The position numbers were made by a program, and so were the translations under genes. The notes beneath the pieces are model-generated. The model searched no databases, was not told the DNA's origin, and worked only from the letters and a program-made list of their open reading frames with translations. A DNA stretch of 64,000 bases. Origin: Bugula neritina (taxonomy: Eukaryota; Animalia; Bryozoa). The stretch covers positions 12,533,675-12,597,674 of the forward strand of contig OZ037768.1 in assembly GCA_964035545.1 (NCBI GenBank). Direction: 5' to 3'. Shown in pieces: positions 34,867 to 46,200 of this stretch. The number at the start of each line of letters is the position of its first letter. Within the stretch, counting starts at the first letter, position 1.

Positions 34867-35985
34867 TCTATGATTAAAAATGAATCAAAAGAACGCAATA
34901 TTTCGAAAAATAGAGTATTTACAATTAGTACCGATACAATTTCGGATATAATAATAAACTTATATATTCATTTTATCGACTACAATAATATTGTTTCACG
35001 TAGTGCAAGCTACGATCATCAGGTCGTTCTGCACGGCTGAGTGATTTTGCTTCGAAATTTACATTGTTTGTGTATTGCTACGCTGGAACGTCTTAATTAA
35101 GTAACTAGCGTCTGTTGAATGCGCAAGCAAAAGTTTCCTTATGTTTGCACGCGCTGGAAGGCTCGTTGCGTTTGCCGAGGGAGGATAACTCCGATTGTTT
35201 CAACATTACATATTTCCCATAGCTACATAAGTTACATCGTTTGGTTAGGTTTGAGTACGATTTACAAATTTTTAAAATGTTCCATTTTAGGCTGAATTTC
35301 GTGTTGTTTTCTTTTTAATTCCAGATGTGTCTGCTGAGTTTTGTGTTGTTGGCTTTATCTGCATGTAGGAAAGAGGCTTTATGGTTATTGAATCTCGTTT
35401 TGAAGGTAGTTGAGCCGAGTCCTATATATGAATGGTTAGAGTTATTGTCATGTTTTGTCACAGTTGCTTGGTATATTACGTCTTTGTATAAGCGATTACC
35501 ATTTAATGGACAGTAAACAACAACAACAACAAGTAAACAACCTTGCCACTGGGAAGGTTGTTTACTTGTTTATGTTGTTGTTGTTTACAGCTACCTTGTG
35601 TGTCATTTAGTTTAGTAGTGGTAGTTGGGAAGTGTGCAGTTTTTGGTTTGTGTTGGTTCAAGCCATCAATACCTAATGTTTTTCATGTTTGGCATGCATG
35701 AATAATTAATTTTTGTGGTCTTCCTCTTAAAAAATTTACTTACTTGGTTGGATGGTGGAAAGCATTTGTCAATTTGATTTGAACAAATGTTTTCCTATAT
35801 TTTGGTTTTTACTGTTGAACTAAAAGGTGGGTTGTACCACAATATTTTTTTATTTTTATTTTTATTCTTTTTGTTGGATTTAGGTGTTGGGTCGCCTTTT
35901 AATTTATAGTCATATCCACTGTTTGATGGTGCTTCTTGATATGGTTGTATGGCGGTGTTAAACTCCTCCTCATTGGAGGATAGTG
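34860..35985 (-). mobile_element. Degenerate, 5'-truncated Penelope-like retroelement (RT C-terminal region + GIY-YIG endonuclease + hammerhead-containing 3' region)
   Basis: Minus-strand fragments LSSNEEEFNTAIQPYQEA, ILWYNPPFSSTVKTK, CMPNMKNI, CPLNG, VIYQATVT...SYIGLGSTTFKTRFNNHKASF...TKLSRHIW and RCNLC match Penelope-class motifs. Stops and frameshifts are present, and the element abuts (TA)n at 34834-34857. Confidence 0.85.
34977..35026 (-). ncRNA. Type I hammerhead ribozyme motif in the Penelope-like 3' region
   Basis: Minus strand reads CGAC-CTGATGA-T-CGTAG-cttgca-CTACG-T-GAA-ACAAT-att-ATTGT-A|GTCG. Stems I-III pair, the cleavage triplet is GUA, and 10.1/11.1 is U-U. Confidence 0.7.
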
Positions 35986-36788
35986 AGCTAATTCTTTTAT
36001 ATTTTTGTAGTCTAATACAGGATGTACTTATTAGAATGATCGAAGTGTCTATTCAATATGGTAAAATATGACAATGTGGGAGGGGGGAGTGTCAGCATTT
36101 GCAATGAGTTAATATGATGACTACATTATTTTCAAAACAATAAAGTGTAGTCATGGGCGATGGTTATAATGTTTTCTTAGTAAGCACAAAGTCATGGGGT
36201 TTAAACCTGACACAGGCCGTTGGTGATGTTCGAAAGATCATCTAGTCATAATTGCTCCTGTGTCCCGTCTGAATAAATCCTTAGTCAAATTTAACAAAAT
36301 CCTCTTCTATCAGAGGTTCTTTTACATAGATGGCGAATATAATAAACTTGCTTGAGTTTTAATTTAATTTCACAAAGTTTGTTAGTCACTACCTGCAATA
36401 AATTGAGTAAATTATTTTTCTAAGCAATGAAGTGGATAGCTTTTCTTGTAGCCAAATGTTAGATAAACAGGATGCGGTTTGTCATGAAACCTATGTGTAT
36501 TTTATCAATTATAAAGTTTTCTTATTTTAATTTAAATTGACTGATGTGTACACTGAAGTTGTCATCAAAAACACTGACACCTGTGAAGTTGCATCATGTA
36601 AGTAAAAATATTGCAGCATAAAGTTATATTGCCGATCACATTATGACATGCTGTTACAAATTTTACATCATTTGGAACTACTTGTTTTCAGTTCTGATTA
36701 TTACTGTAAGTTCATACTAGCTCACAAGCTCCTAATTTCTACCAAGGCGTTTTGAAAAGGCAAGTGTATATTTTAAAATCTTCGCTTA

Positions 36789-37132
36789 GCCTAGGGCCAC
36801 ACGGTGCGTATTTTCGCATGCGAAAATTGCAATCACAAGTAGCAAAGGCGTCCACTGTAGCGTCAGTGACGCGTGATAAATAAAGCTTTCATTTTTAAAT
36901 CGCACTCGCTTTCAATAAAACGCTATTTACTGGAATTTAGCACTAAAATAAAGAAATTGGGCTCACTTAATGACTACCAGCCAATTAGGTGACGATGACA
37001 GAGACGATTCGCACTTGCGTTGAAAATGCAGAGCGACAAGTGCGAATGTTTTCTCAACGCGCACAGTGGACACCTTTGCTACTTGTGATTTCAATTTTCG
37101 CATGCGAAAATACGCACCGTGTGGCCCTAGGC
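36789..37132. mobile_element. MITE with ~70-bp TIRs, TA-flanked
   Basis: gcctagggccacacggtgcgtattttcgcatgcgaaaattg...gtccactgt and its near-perfect reverse complement at 37063-37132. Confidence 0.9.
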
Positions 37133-37867
37133 TAATAAAGAACTTCAGCATTTCTGCGATGCTTTACCATGTTGTATATAAGCAGCGGAGAGCTTAAGGT
37201 CAAAGATTGGTATAATGATCCTAAATAATGGATTGTGTCATTAAACAGGAATTCATTAATTGCTACTCATGCTTTTGTCTGAAAGAAACCTGTCATTATC
37301 TTTCACTCATTACATTTGGAGAGTTATCCACACAATGTTTTTAAAAATTGAGAGTTTAAACGTTCTAAATTAGTGTGTGAAAACCACAGATTATTTTGTA
37401 TACCCACAAAAGCTATTCAAACTCAGAAGCTCTTTTCTCCCGATTTTTGTTTAAATTAGCTAAATATTTTGGAATTGGGTTATTTTACTTAAATTAGCAC
37501 TGTAAACGATTGAAACAACTTTCAATAACACCTTGTGTTACAGTGCATTTTATGATTGGCTGACCCGCTGTGCAGTGCTGCGGCTATGTGGTCGCAGTAA
37601 CATTACATCCTGGTTCAGTGCGATTTGATTGGCTTAGTTGACGCGGTCTGATGATTCCCCTCCCGCACTTTTTGTTATGTAACTTGTGCGCAGCAAAGTA
37701 ATTGGGTCACCGGCAGTATTAGAGCAGCAGACGACAATCAGTCATTATAAAGTTGTATTTTAATTAAAAGTCGCACTGAAGATAAAGTTGTATTTATCTT
37801 AAAGTTAGTCAAGCAGATAGTTATATTCATCTTAAAGTTACACAAATAGTTAGCATTTCATGAGATT

Positions 37868-38141
37868 TGTTGAATGTGTTGCCATTGTGTTTAGTATTTA
37901 TTATGAAATACGTTATTGATTGCTGATTTACATTATCGAGCAAACTGACTGACTGATTTAATTATTTGATAATAAAATATTTATTAGAATGAAAAACAGC
38001 GTGATGGTTTTGTATAATATAAAACGGAAGAGAAGGGGTAAACAAGTATACAGCGATTCTAGTACAGCAATTAGTTAGTACATTGTCACGTGATTGTTAT
38101 GAATGTGATTAGCGATAGGATCGCATGATTGTTTCTCAACA
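37868..38141 (-). repeat. Copia 3' LTR
   Basis: Direct repeat of 42238-42511. Confidence 0.96.
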
Positions 38142-38148
38142 CGCCCCC

Positions 38149-41100
38149 TCAAGCATGTGATTCGATAGCTAGTAGCTCCAGGGCAATTCTGTGATTGGTT
38201 TTAGGCAAGCTTTTAGTCATGACATCGGCAGGGTTCTCTGCTCCTCTGATGTGGTGGTACGCTATGGTGGTTTGCTCTCTGACAAAGTGGAATCTAATGT
38301 CAATGTGTTTGCTCCTCTGATGTGAGTATGGTTGTCCCTTGGTGAGGGCAATGGCTCCAAGGTTGTCAGTGAAAAGTATGTTAGGGTTAGGCTGTTTCAT
38401 CTTGAATGTTTTGCACAAAGTCTGTAGGAATAACATCTCCTTTGTAGCTTCGGCTAATGCCATGTATTCGGCCTCGCATGATGACAAGGCCACTGTGGGT
38501 TGTCGTCGGCTGTTCCAACTTATAGGGGCTCCACCCAGTGTGAATACATATCCTGTTGTTGATCTTCGTGTGGAGGTTTCTCCACCCCAATCTGCATCCA
38601 CATAGCCCACTAGTTCTTGTTGATTGGGAGTGAATCTCAGATTGAATCCTTTTGTACCTTTAAGGTATCGTAGCAGTCGTTTCAAAGCAGCAATATGTGC
38701 AGGTCCAGGTCTTTCTAGGTGTTGGGAGAGCTTCCCAATGATCCATGCTAGGTCTGGACGTGTGGCGGTCATTAGGTATATGAGAGAACCTATAACTTGT
38801 CTGTAGGGGTAGTCCTTTGAACGCTCATATTCGTCGTCTGTTGCTTTTTCTAGTTGTAAGTCCTTTTCAGCAGGAGTATATACAGGGTTGCAATCTGCCA
38901 TATTGTAGGTGTTCAGCAGTGTGTCTATGTAGCGCTCCTGTGACATAGTGTACTGGTCTTCATGTCTCCTGAAGTCTATCCCCAGGAACCAGCTTAATTC
39001 TCCTCTATCATCCATGTTGAATTTTTGTTGCATCATAGATTTGGTTTGTGTGATTCTGTTGTCGTCTCGGCAGCAGAGAAGGATGTCATCAACCCAGAAA
39101 AGAATGATGATGTTGGCTGATTTATCTGAAGGGTCCTCTTTTGAGTATAGGCAAGGGTCTCCAGCACCAGGTGTGAAGCCTTGCTCCTTGAGGAAAGTGG
39201 TCAGTGTTTGGTGCCAATTGCGTCCGCTTTGTTTGAGGCCATAAATGGATTTGTTGAGACGACAAGAAAGCTTCCCTTGTTTGTTGGTTTCTTCGTACCC
39301 TTCAGGCTGTTGTAGATAAATTTCCTTATCGATTGGTGCATTTAGGTACGCTCCTTTAACATCTAGTTGATGTATTTTCATGTTTTCATTTGCTGCTTTC
39401 TGTAACAGCAATCTGATCGATGTGAATCTGGTGGTTGGACTGTAAGTTTCTTCATAGTCAACTCCTTGTATTTGTGAAAATCCTTTTGCTACATATCTAG
39501 CTTTATGTTGAGTTTCACCTGGCGTTTTTCCCTGTTTGAGGGTATAAACCCATCTGCCCTTGGTCTCTGTCCTGTCTTCAGGTAGCGGCTGGATAGACCA
39601 GGTGTTTGAATCACGTAGGGTGTTTATTTCCTTGTCCATGGCTTTCTTCCAGGCTTCTTTATCTTTTGAATTTACAGCTTCTTGGTAGGACTGTGGTATG
39701 TTTGCCATCAGTGAGCAAGCATAGTCAGTGTCTTCTATGTCATAGTCCTGTAGGTATGTAGGAGGCTTTCGTTTCCGTTCTGATTTACGTGGTCCAGGTT
39801 GGTTGGTGGCCTTTGCCGGATCTGGTGCAGGTTCTTGTGGTATGGTATTCTGAGTACCATTTCTGCTGTTTAGTGCGGGTCCTTGTGGCATGACGTTCAT
39901 TGCGTCATTTCCGCATATTTGTGCAGGTTCTTGTGGCATGGTATTCTGAGTACCATTTCTGCTGTTTTGTGCGGGTCCTTGTGGTATGACGTTCATTGCG
40001 TCATTTCCGCATATTTGTGCAGGTTCTTGTGGCATGGTATTCTGAGTACCATTTCTGCTGTTTTGTGCGGGTCCTTGTGGTATGACGTTCATTGCGTCAT
40101 TTCCGCATATTTGTGGTATGACATTTCTGGATGTAACAATTTTCTGATTAGGGGTAAGTATAAGGTAGCCTTGGGCCTTTGTGTTGACACCAAGATATAT
40201 GCCGCTTTGTCCGCGGTCACTGAGTTTTAACTTATTTCCCTCTGAAAAGAATGTGCATTGGGATCCAAAATTGTGAATTTTCCTCATGTCGGGTAGCGTG
40301 CCTGTGAATAACTCATAAGCTGTCTTTCCCGTCCGTCTCTGGTAGCTTCGGTTTCTTAGGTACTTAGCATGGTCAGCGGCAAAACTCCAGAAAGTCTTGG
40401 GGAGATTTGAATCTTTAAGTAGGCATCGTGCTGTGTCCATTATGGTGCGCCAAGTCCTCTCTGATTTACCATTCTGGTAGGATGAGTAGGGTGCTGTAGT
40501 GGTGTGTTTGATTCCCCTTTCGCGTAGCACAGCTTCAAATGGCTGTCCAAGGTACTCCATGCCGTTGTCAGTATGGATCTCCTTCACATTTCCTATAGGT
40601 GCCACATCTGCAATGAATTGCTTAAGTGCAGTGGTGGCATCACTTTTGTGGCGTATATTGTAGGTGAACAACATACTGGAAAATTCATCTATGAAGTTTA
40701 TTATGTAGTTTTGTCCTCCTCTAGCAGTTGGTGTGATGGGTCCGCATAAGTCAGAGTGTACACGTTGTAGAGGCTGTGTAGCTAGTTCAGGTTTATCGTC
40801 TTGTTTGTGAGGTTGTTTGGTGATTTTACTTTCGTCACATGTCTTGCATGCAATTTTTAATTTTGCTCCAGTTATGGTCATACCTGTTGTCACTTTCTCC
40901 AGCTCAATTATGTCATTAGTGTTCATATGACCCAGTGCCCTGTGCCAATCGGGCAGCGATTTTGCGGTGTTTATTGAGTCACCTGTATGGGTTGTCTTGA
41001 GGAAGTACAATCTGCCTTTGGGCATAATTGGAAAAGTTGTCCTGTCGACTGTCAGTATATTTTTCTCTCTAGAGAAATGTACTTTTGCCCCTTTTTGTGT

Positions 41101-42255
41101 GGCGGCGTGGACTGAAAATAGGCTTGTTGGTATTGTTGGTGCTAGCAAAGCGTCTTTTAGATGAATCTGCTGCTCCATGTTGTTGTCATCAGTAATAGTA
41201 AACTGTGCTGTGCCTTTGGCTACAGCCAGCTTGTTTGTTTTGCGACCATCTGCCATCTCTATGTAGTGGTTCTCAGGCGTGAAGCTCTTATCAAAACTAA
41301 TGAAGTTGTTCTCATTGTTCACCAGATGACTTGTCGCTCCGCAGTCCACCATGAGCAACTGTCCTCCTTGAGATTTATTTTGTGTGGCTATGTTGCATTG
41401 GTTTGATGTATTCACAGTGAAGGCATATGTGGCATTTGCCGATGAAATTTCAGTTTTACTTGTCTTCTTCTTTGTCCTGCAAACTGATTCGATATGTCCA
41501 GCTTTCTTGCAGTAGCTACAAAATAGTTTGTGCTTTGAGTAACAATCTGTTGTAGAATGATTGTTTTTACCACAAGCAGTGCACTGTTTATCACGTTTGC
41601 TAGTGGGTTTGAAATTGTCTCTTCCTTTAAATACCATGGCTGTAGATTGAGAGCACCTTGCCGACTCAGTAAGGTCAAAGTTTGTCAGAGCTGCTTTGAA
41701 CTCTGATAGAGTTTGGTTTTTGTCAAGTTGCGTATGTACTACAACAAAAGGCTGGTAGGATGTAGGTAATCCTTTCATGATCATTGCGATCACCAAATTG
41801 TCACTAATATTTTCCCCAGCAGACTTGAGGCCTGCTGAGTAGTTCTCAGCACGAATCAGGTAATCTGTAATGTCTTCTGTATCATTCATTTTTACAGTTG
41901 TAAGTTGTTCATAAAGGGTTAATATTCTAGGCTTTTGTGTACTTGCATAGTGTTCTTTTAGAATTTTGAATGCTTTTCTTCCATCGTCTTTGGCATCTCT
42001 CATCACAAGTTGAAGAGACTTTTCGTCTAAAACTTGTACAAGCTCAGCGTAAGCTCGCTTATTCTTTTTGTTGAAGTCAGCAGCGTTATCTTCTCCTTCT
42101 TCTTTGGGTAGAAGTGCGGTGTGTACTCCTTCATCTTGTGTGTACAAGTATGAAGTGAATCTTGTTTCCCAAATTGAGAAATTGTTTGAATCACCATCAA
42201 AGAGAAGCCTGTGTTTGAAGCCACTGGGCCCATAACCTGTTGAATGTGTTGCCAT
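38149..42255 (-). CDS. Copia Gag-Pol polyprotein (Gag with two CCHC knuckles, protease, integrase, RT, RNase H), 1368 aa
   Basis: CTACGKNNHSTTDC and CSYCKKAGHIESVC; VDCGAT; WHRALGH...CKTC, HSDLCGP, HTDNGMEY; KARYVAKGFSQ, YGLKQS, WVDD; YVDADWG...EAEY...ADVMTK. Domain order PR-INT-RT-RH. Confidence 0.97.
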   Translation of the reverse strand: MATHSTGYGPSGFKHRLLFDGDSNNFSIWETRFTSYLYTQDEGVHTALLPKEEGEDNAADFNKKNKRAYAELVQVLDEKSLQLVMRDAKDDGRKAFKILKEHYASTQKPRILTLYEQLTTVKMNDTEDITDYLIRAENYSAGLKSAGENISDNLVIAMIMKGLPTSYQPFVVVHTQLDKNQTLSEFKAALTNFDLTESARCSQSTAMVFKGRDNFKPTSKRDKQCTACGKNNHSTTDCYSKHKLFCSYCKKAGHIESVCRTKKKTSKTEISSANATYAFTVNTSNQCNIATQNKSQGGQLLMVDCGATSHLVNNENNFISFDKSFTPENHYIEMADGRKTNKLAVAKGTAQFTITDDNNMEQQIHLKDALLAPTIPTSLFSVHAATQKGAKVHFSREKNILTVDRTTFPIMPKGRLYFLKTTHTGDSINTAKSLPDWHRALGHMNTNDIIELEKVTTGMTITGAKLKIACKTCDESKITKQPHKQDDKPELATQPLQRVHSDLCGPITPTARGGQNYIINFIDEFSSMLFTYNIRHKSDATTALKQFIADVAPIGNVKEIHTDNGMEYLGQPFEAVLRERGIKHTTTAPYSSYQNGKSERTWRTIMDTARCLLKDSNLPKTFWSFAADHAKYLRNRSYQRRTGKTAYELFTGTLPDMRKIHNFGSQCTFFSEGNKLKLSDRGQSGIYLGVNTKAQGYLILTPNQKIVTSRNVIPQICGNDAMNVIPQGPAQNSRNGTQNTMPQEPAQICGNDAMNVIPQGPAQNSRNGTQNTMPQEPAQICGNDAMNVMPQGPALNSRNGTQNTIPQEPAPDPAKATNQPGPRKSERKRKPPTYLQDYDIEDTDYACSLMANIPQSYQEAVNSKDKEAWKKAMDKEINTLRDSNTWSIQPLPEDRTETKGRWVYTLKQGKTPGETQHKARYVAKGFSQIQGVDYEETYSPTTRFTSIRLLLQKAANENMKIHQLDVKGAYLNAPIDKEIYLQQPEGYEETNKQGKLSCRLNKSIYGLKQSGRNWHQTLTTFLKEQGFTPGAGDPCLYSKEDPSDKSANIIILFWVDDILLCCRDDNRITQTKSMMQQKFNMDDRGELSWFLGIDFRRHEDQYTMSQERYIDTLLNTYNMADCNPVYTPAEKDLQLEKATDDEYERSKDYPYRQVIGSLIYLMTATRPDLAWIIGKLSQHLERPGPAHIAALKRLLRYLKGTKGFNLRFTPNQQELVGYVDADWGGETSTRRSTTGYVFTLGGAPISWNSRRQPTVALSSCEAEYMALAEATKEMLFLQTLCKTFKMKQPNPNILFTDNLGAIALTKGQPYSHQRSKHIDIRFHFVREQTTIAYHHIRGAENPADVMTKSLPKTNHRIALELLAIESHA
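39826..40121 (-). repeat. In-frame 96-bp (32-aa) tandem repeat x3 in the copia INT-RT linker
   Basis: Units start at 39826, 39922 and 40018: QICGNDAMNVIPQGPAQNSRNGTQNTMPQEPA. Confidence 0.95.
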
Positions 42256-42511
42256 TGTGTTTAGTATTTATTATGAAATACGTTATTGATTGCTGATTTA
42301 CATTATCGAGCAAACTGACTGACTGATTTAATTATTTGATAATAAAATATTTATTAGAATGAAAAACAGCGTGATGGTTTTGTATAATATAAAACGGAAG
42401 AGAAGGGGTAAACAAGTATACAGCGATTCTAGTACAGCAATTAGTTAGTACATTGTCACGTGATTGTTATGAATGTGATTAGCGATAGGATCGCATGATT
42501 GTTTCTCAACA
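42238..42511 (-). repeat. Copia 5' LTR (contains the ORF start codon at 42255-42253)
   Basis: Direct repeat of 37868-38141; the PBS follows immediately. Confidence 0.96.
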
Positions 42512-42944
42512 AGATTAAAGAGAACTAAAGGTATGTTTTTTCTAAATAAAATAATTTAAATATCTTGTCAATTTGATTACTTAAATGGATTAAACTGTAT
42601 TTGTGATATGTTTTTAGTAATAAATGCCATCAATTTATATAGTTATCAATTTATATCAGTTTTAGTTATAGATATTATCAATGTTATTAGCAAAAGTTTT
42701 TGTTGTGTATATAAGTTTTGTTGTCAATTATTAAATTAAGTTTTACTAGTGTTGTCTATCTTTTAGACTTCACGTTGGTGTTTAGAATAATAAAGTAAAT
42801 ACATCATCAGTGAACTTTATTTTCAAAGTTTCTGAATTGCTACAAGTACACACTGGAAATCTCTAGGTTTTAGCTATTTTCACGATTTAGCTGCTATAAT
42901 GAATATGGATTTTTGCTTAAAACTAGTAAAATATCAATAAATAC

Positions 42945-43215
42945 TGTAGTGAGGACGTAATACGCGCGTCCCCCGCATTCTTTCAGCCTATCAAAATGCG
43001 TCACGTGATAGGCCTTAGTTAGTAGTAGTTTTGCAGTAGAGAGAGCGTGTTAACTAAGCGAAGATGTAATCTCTAATCGGTGTACGTGCTGTATCTTTTA
43101 TATAATTAGTAGTAAATAAACTTGGAAACTTTTACCTAAATATTTTATTGGTGTAGATAAATAGACATAATTACAAGCTAGGAACCCACGCATAGTAGTT
43201 ACATAAATTACTACA
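42945..43215 (+). repeat. Gypsy 5' LTR
   Basis: Direct repeat of 50247-50517. Confidence 0.96.
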
Positions 43216-43276
43216 GTGGTGGCAGCGGTGGGATTTCTAGCTACTGTATGAGAACAATGAGAAGTATTAGAACATC

Positions 43277-46200
43277 ATGGACGAAGGAGTAACTTCAATG
43301 GAAGGAGGTGAGCAGAACATTATTATAGGCCCTCTCGGAGCTGGAGAGGAGGTATATAGGAACACGTTGGAGGTTCCCGTGTTCACAGGCCGCGAGGATA
43401 TTGAACAATTCGTTCAAGAATTCCGTGAAACTGCCGCCATTGCAAGATGGCCGCCAAGAGTAACCCTTACAAAACTGCGGATGGCACTGACGGGAGAAGC
43501 CAAGCCGTACGGGTGGAAGCCTAGCATAAACGGGATCATTGCTACACTACGGGCCCGTTTTGGCATGCCCGTTGCCGTCGCCAAGTCCAGACTGCGAGGA
43601 TTACTCCGCAAGACATGTACACCGCTTTCTGACCACGCCACTCTGGTGCAGAGACTGGCACGGACCGCGTATAGCGATCTGCCAGAAACACACAGACGGC
43701 ACTACACATTCGAAGCCTTTGTACAGTCTCTCAATTCTTTGGACTTCCACCACCAGTTACAAGCCAAGGGAGTGACCACCATTGAGGCTGCAATCCAAGA
43801 GAACAAGGCCTACGCTGGAGCCGAACGACTCTATGAGACGGAGGAGGCCACGCCCCAGCCCTCTAGGGAACCAGACCATCCGGTCCGCATAGCTGCCGCG
43901 ACCACTAAAACCCCCATAGAGATAGAGATAAGCCGCTTGATGACTAGACTGGGACAATTGGTGGCGACGATAACATACAACCACTCAAGGAAGAGTAAGA
44001 GGACGGCAGCAAAACCCCCCAGACCTATGATGCGACGCTGGGAAAGCGGCAATCAGGGACACCGCCACCTGAGCGGCCCACGATTCAAACGGCAGCAGAA
44101 ACCACAACCTCCCCGGAGACCCCCAGAGCTCCGCGGACACACACAGAGAGAAAAACGGGATGGGTGTCGCCAGGAGCCCGTACGGGCCCAGCGACACACC
44201 CCCCGTCAATGGCAAACACCTCGCCGAACCAGCCAACCAGGTCGACCACGAGACCCCTTCTCTCTGCCTCTCACCAACCGCTTCAGTCCGTTACCAGTAA
44301 TGGAACAGACCAGCGAGGCCCCTCAGGGCATCGGGGAGGATCAGAACACCTCCCCGCAAGGAAACTCTCACCGGCCCCGCAAACCGCGGAACAAACGGGC
44401 ACAGCCCCGTTCGGCCGAGACCGAGCACGCTGGGGGAATACGGGTACAACCTCACGGAGGCAGCTACTTCTTGCCAGGGAAGGTGGCCGGTAAAGCTGTC
44501 ACCTTCCTGTTAGACTCCGGGTGTACCACTAATATCCTCAGCCGTCGGGTCTTCGACACCCTCCCTCTCAAGGAGAGGGGAGCCTTAGCTCCCTATACCA
44601 GGGAACCGGGCACCCTAGCTGACGGGTCACGGATTCCTTTCTACGGTATCATAGAATTGGCTGGGCGCGTCCGCGACCAAGCCATTCAGGAAACCTTCGT
44701 CATCAGCCCACTGGAGGAAGATGCCATACTAGGGATGCCGTTCTTGAAGAGACACGGGTGCCATATTGACTTTAGCAAGTCAGCCATGCTAATGGGCGGC
44801 AAAGAGCTCACCTGTGTCGACAAGTTCGGTCGTCCTCTAGCGGGAGGTGTGCAGGTAGTACGCAACTGTACTATACCCGGCCGCTCCCGGGCTACCGTTC
44901 ACTGCAGAGTGAACAATAGCCAACTCTCGGGGCTAGGGGTTGTCGAAGGTGCGCACTCTAGAATCCAACTCGCCAGCAGTCTTAACCGGCTGACTGACCG
45001 AGGAGAGATCTTGGTGCAGTGTGTCAACCCCTTCTCCGAAGCGGTACAACTACCGTCAGGATCCATGCTGGGTCGCTTCCACTCCATCCAGGAGGAGGAT
45101 ATAGGGCCGTCGCTGGGAGCTGCGACGGAAGGTCCCCAACAGAGCCCGTCAGTTAGGCGGGGGACCGTCCCATCACACGTCAAAGAGCTATACCAGGCAG
45201 CGTGTAACGGCTGCACGGGCAACGTGGAACGCCAGACTATGGCTCAGTTGCTACGTGATTATAGCGACGTGTTCAGCAGTGGGGACCATGACGTCGGCCT
45301 GACCACGGCCGTCCGTCATGAGATACCGCTGGCTGCAGGGACTACCCCTATTCGGCAGCCCACCAGGAGGCTGGGACCCGAGAAGGAAAAGGAGGTAAGC
45401 CAACAAGTCCGGGATCTTTTGGACCGCGGCCTCATCGAGCCAGCGCATAGCGCGTGGAGTTCACCGGTCGTTCTGGTCCGAAAGAAAGACGGCAGTTGGC
45501 GGTTCTGTGTGGATTATCGCAAGCTCAATAGCGTGACCATACAGGACGCCTACCCCTTACCCAGGATCGACGAATCTCTGGACGCCTTAGCCGGCAGCAA
45601 GTACTTCAGTACGCTAGACTTGTTGAGCGGCTATTGGCAGGTCCCCCTCAGCCCAGACGCCCAGGAGAAGGCGGCGTTCATCACGCGGGACGGCTTATGG
45701 AAGTGGAAAGTCCTCCCCTTCGGACTGACTTCCGCCCCCGCCACGTTCCAGCGGCTCATGGAACAGGTCCTCAGTGGACTCCACTGGAAGACACTGCTAG
45801 TATACCTCGACGACGTCATCGTGATCTCCCCAGACTTTCAGACGCACGTCAGCCGTCTGCGGGAGGTCTTCGATCGACTCCGAGGCGCCAATCTGAAGCT
45901 CAAACCCTCCAAGTGCGCTCTCTTGCAGCCAGAGGTGAAGTACCTGGGGCACATCGTCGGCCGCCACGGCGTGGCGACGGATCCTGAAAAGGTACGAGCT
46001 ATAGAAGATTGGATAACCCCCCAGGATTTGACCGGGCTACGGGCTTTCCTGGGGCTGGTAGGGTATTACAGGCAATACATACCAGACTTTGCGGGGGTAG
46101 CACAGCCGTTAAACCGGCTCACCGCAAAGGGGGTGACCTGGCAGTGGACTCCCGTCGAACAGAGAGCGTTCGACTGCCTCAAAGGCCGCCTGCTGGAGGC

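Larger units (their letters stand above)
37868..42511 (-). mobile_element. Full-length Ty1/copia LTR retrotransposon
   Basis: 274-bp LTRs (37868-38141, 42238-42511) with TGTTGA...TCAACA ends, apparently identical; 5-bp TSD AGATT; PBS GGTTATGGGCCCAG; PPT TGAGGGGGCG; single intact ORF. Confidence 0.97.

Noticed and set aside
37540-37740. CCAAT-box-rich, CpG-containing promoter-like stretch left of the copia insertion, with a donor-like aag|gtatgt at ~42530
   Set aside because: No downstream gene could be assigned; the motifs alone are insufficient.
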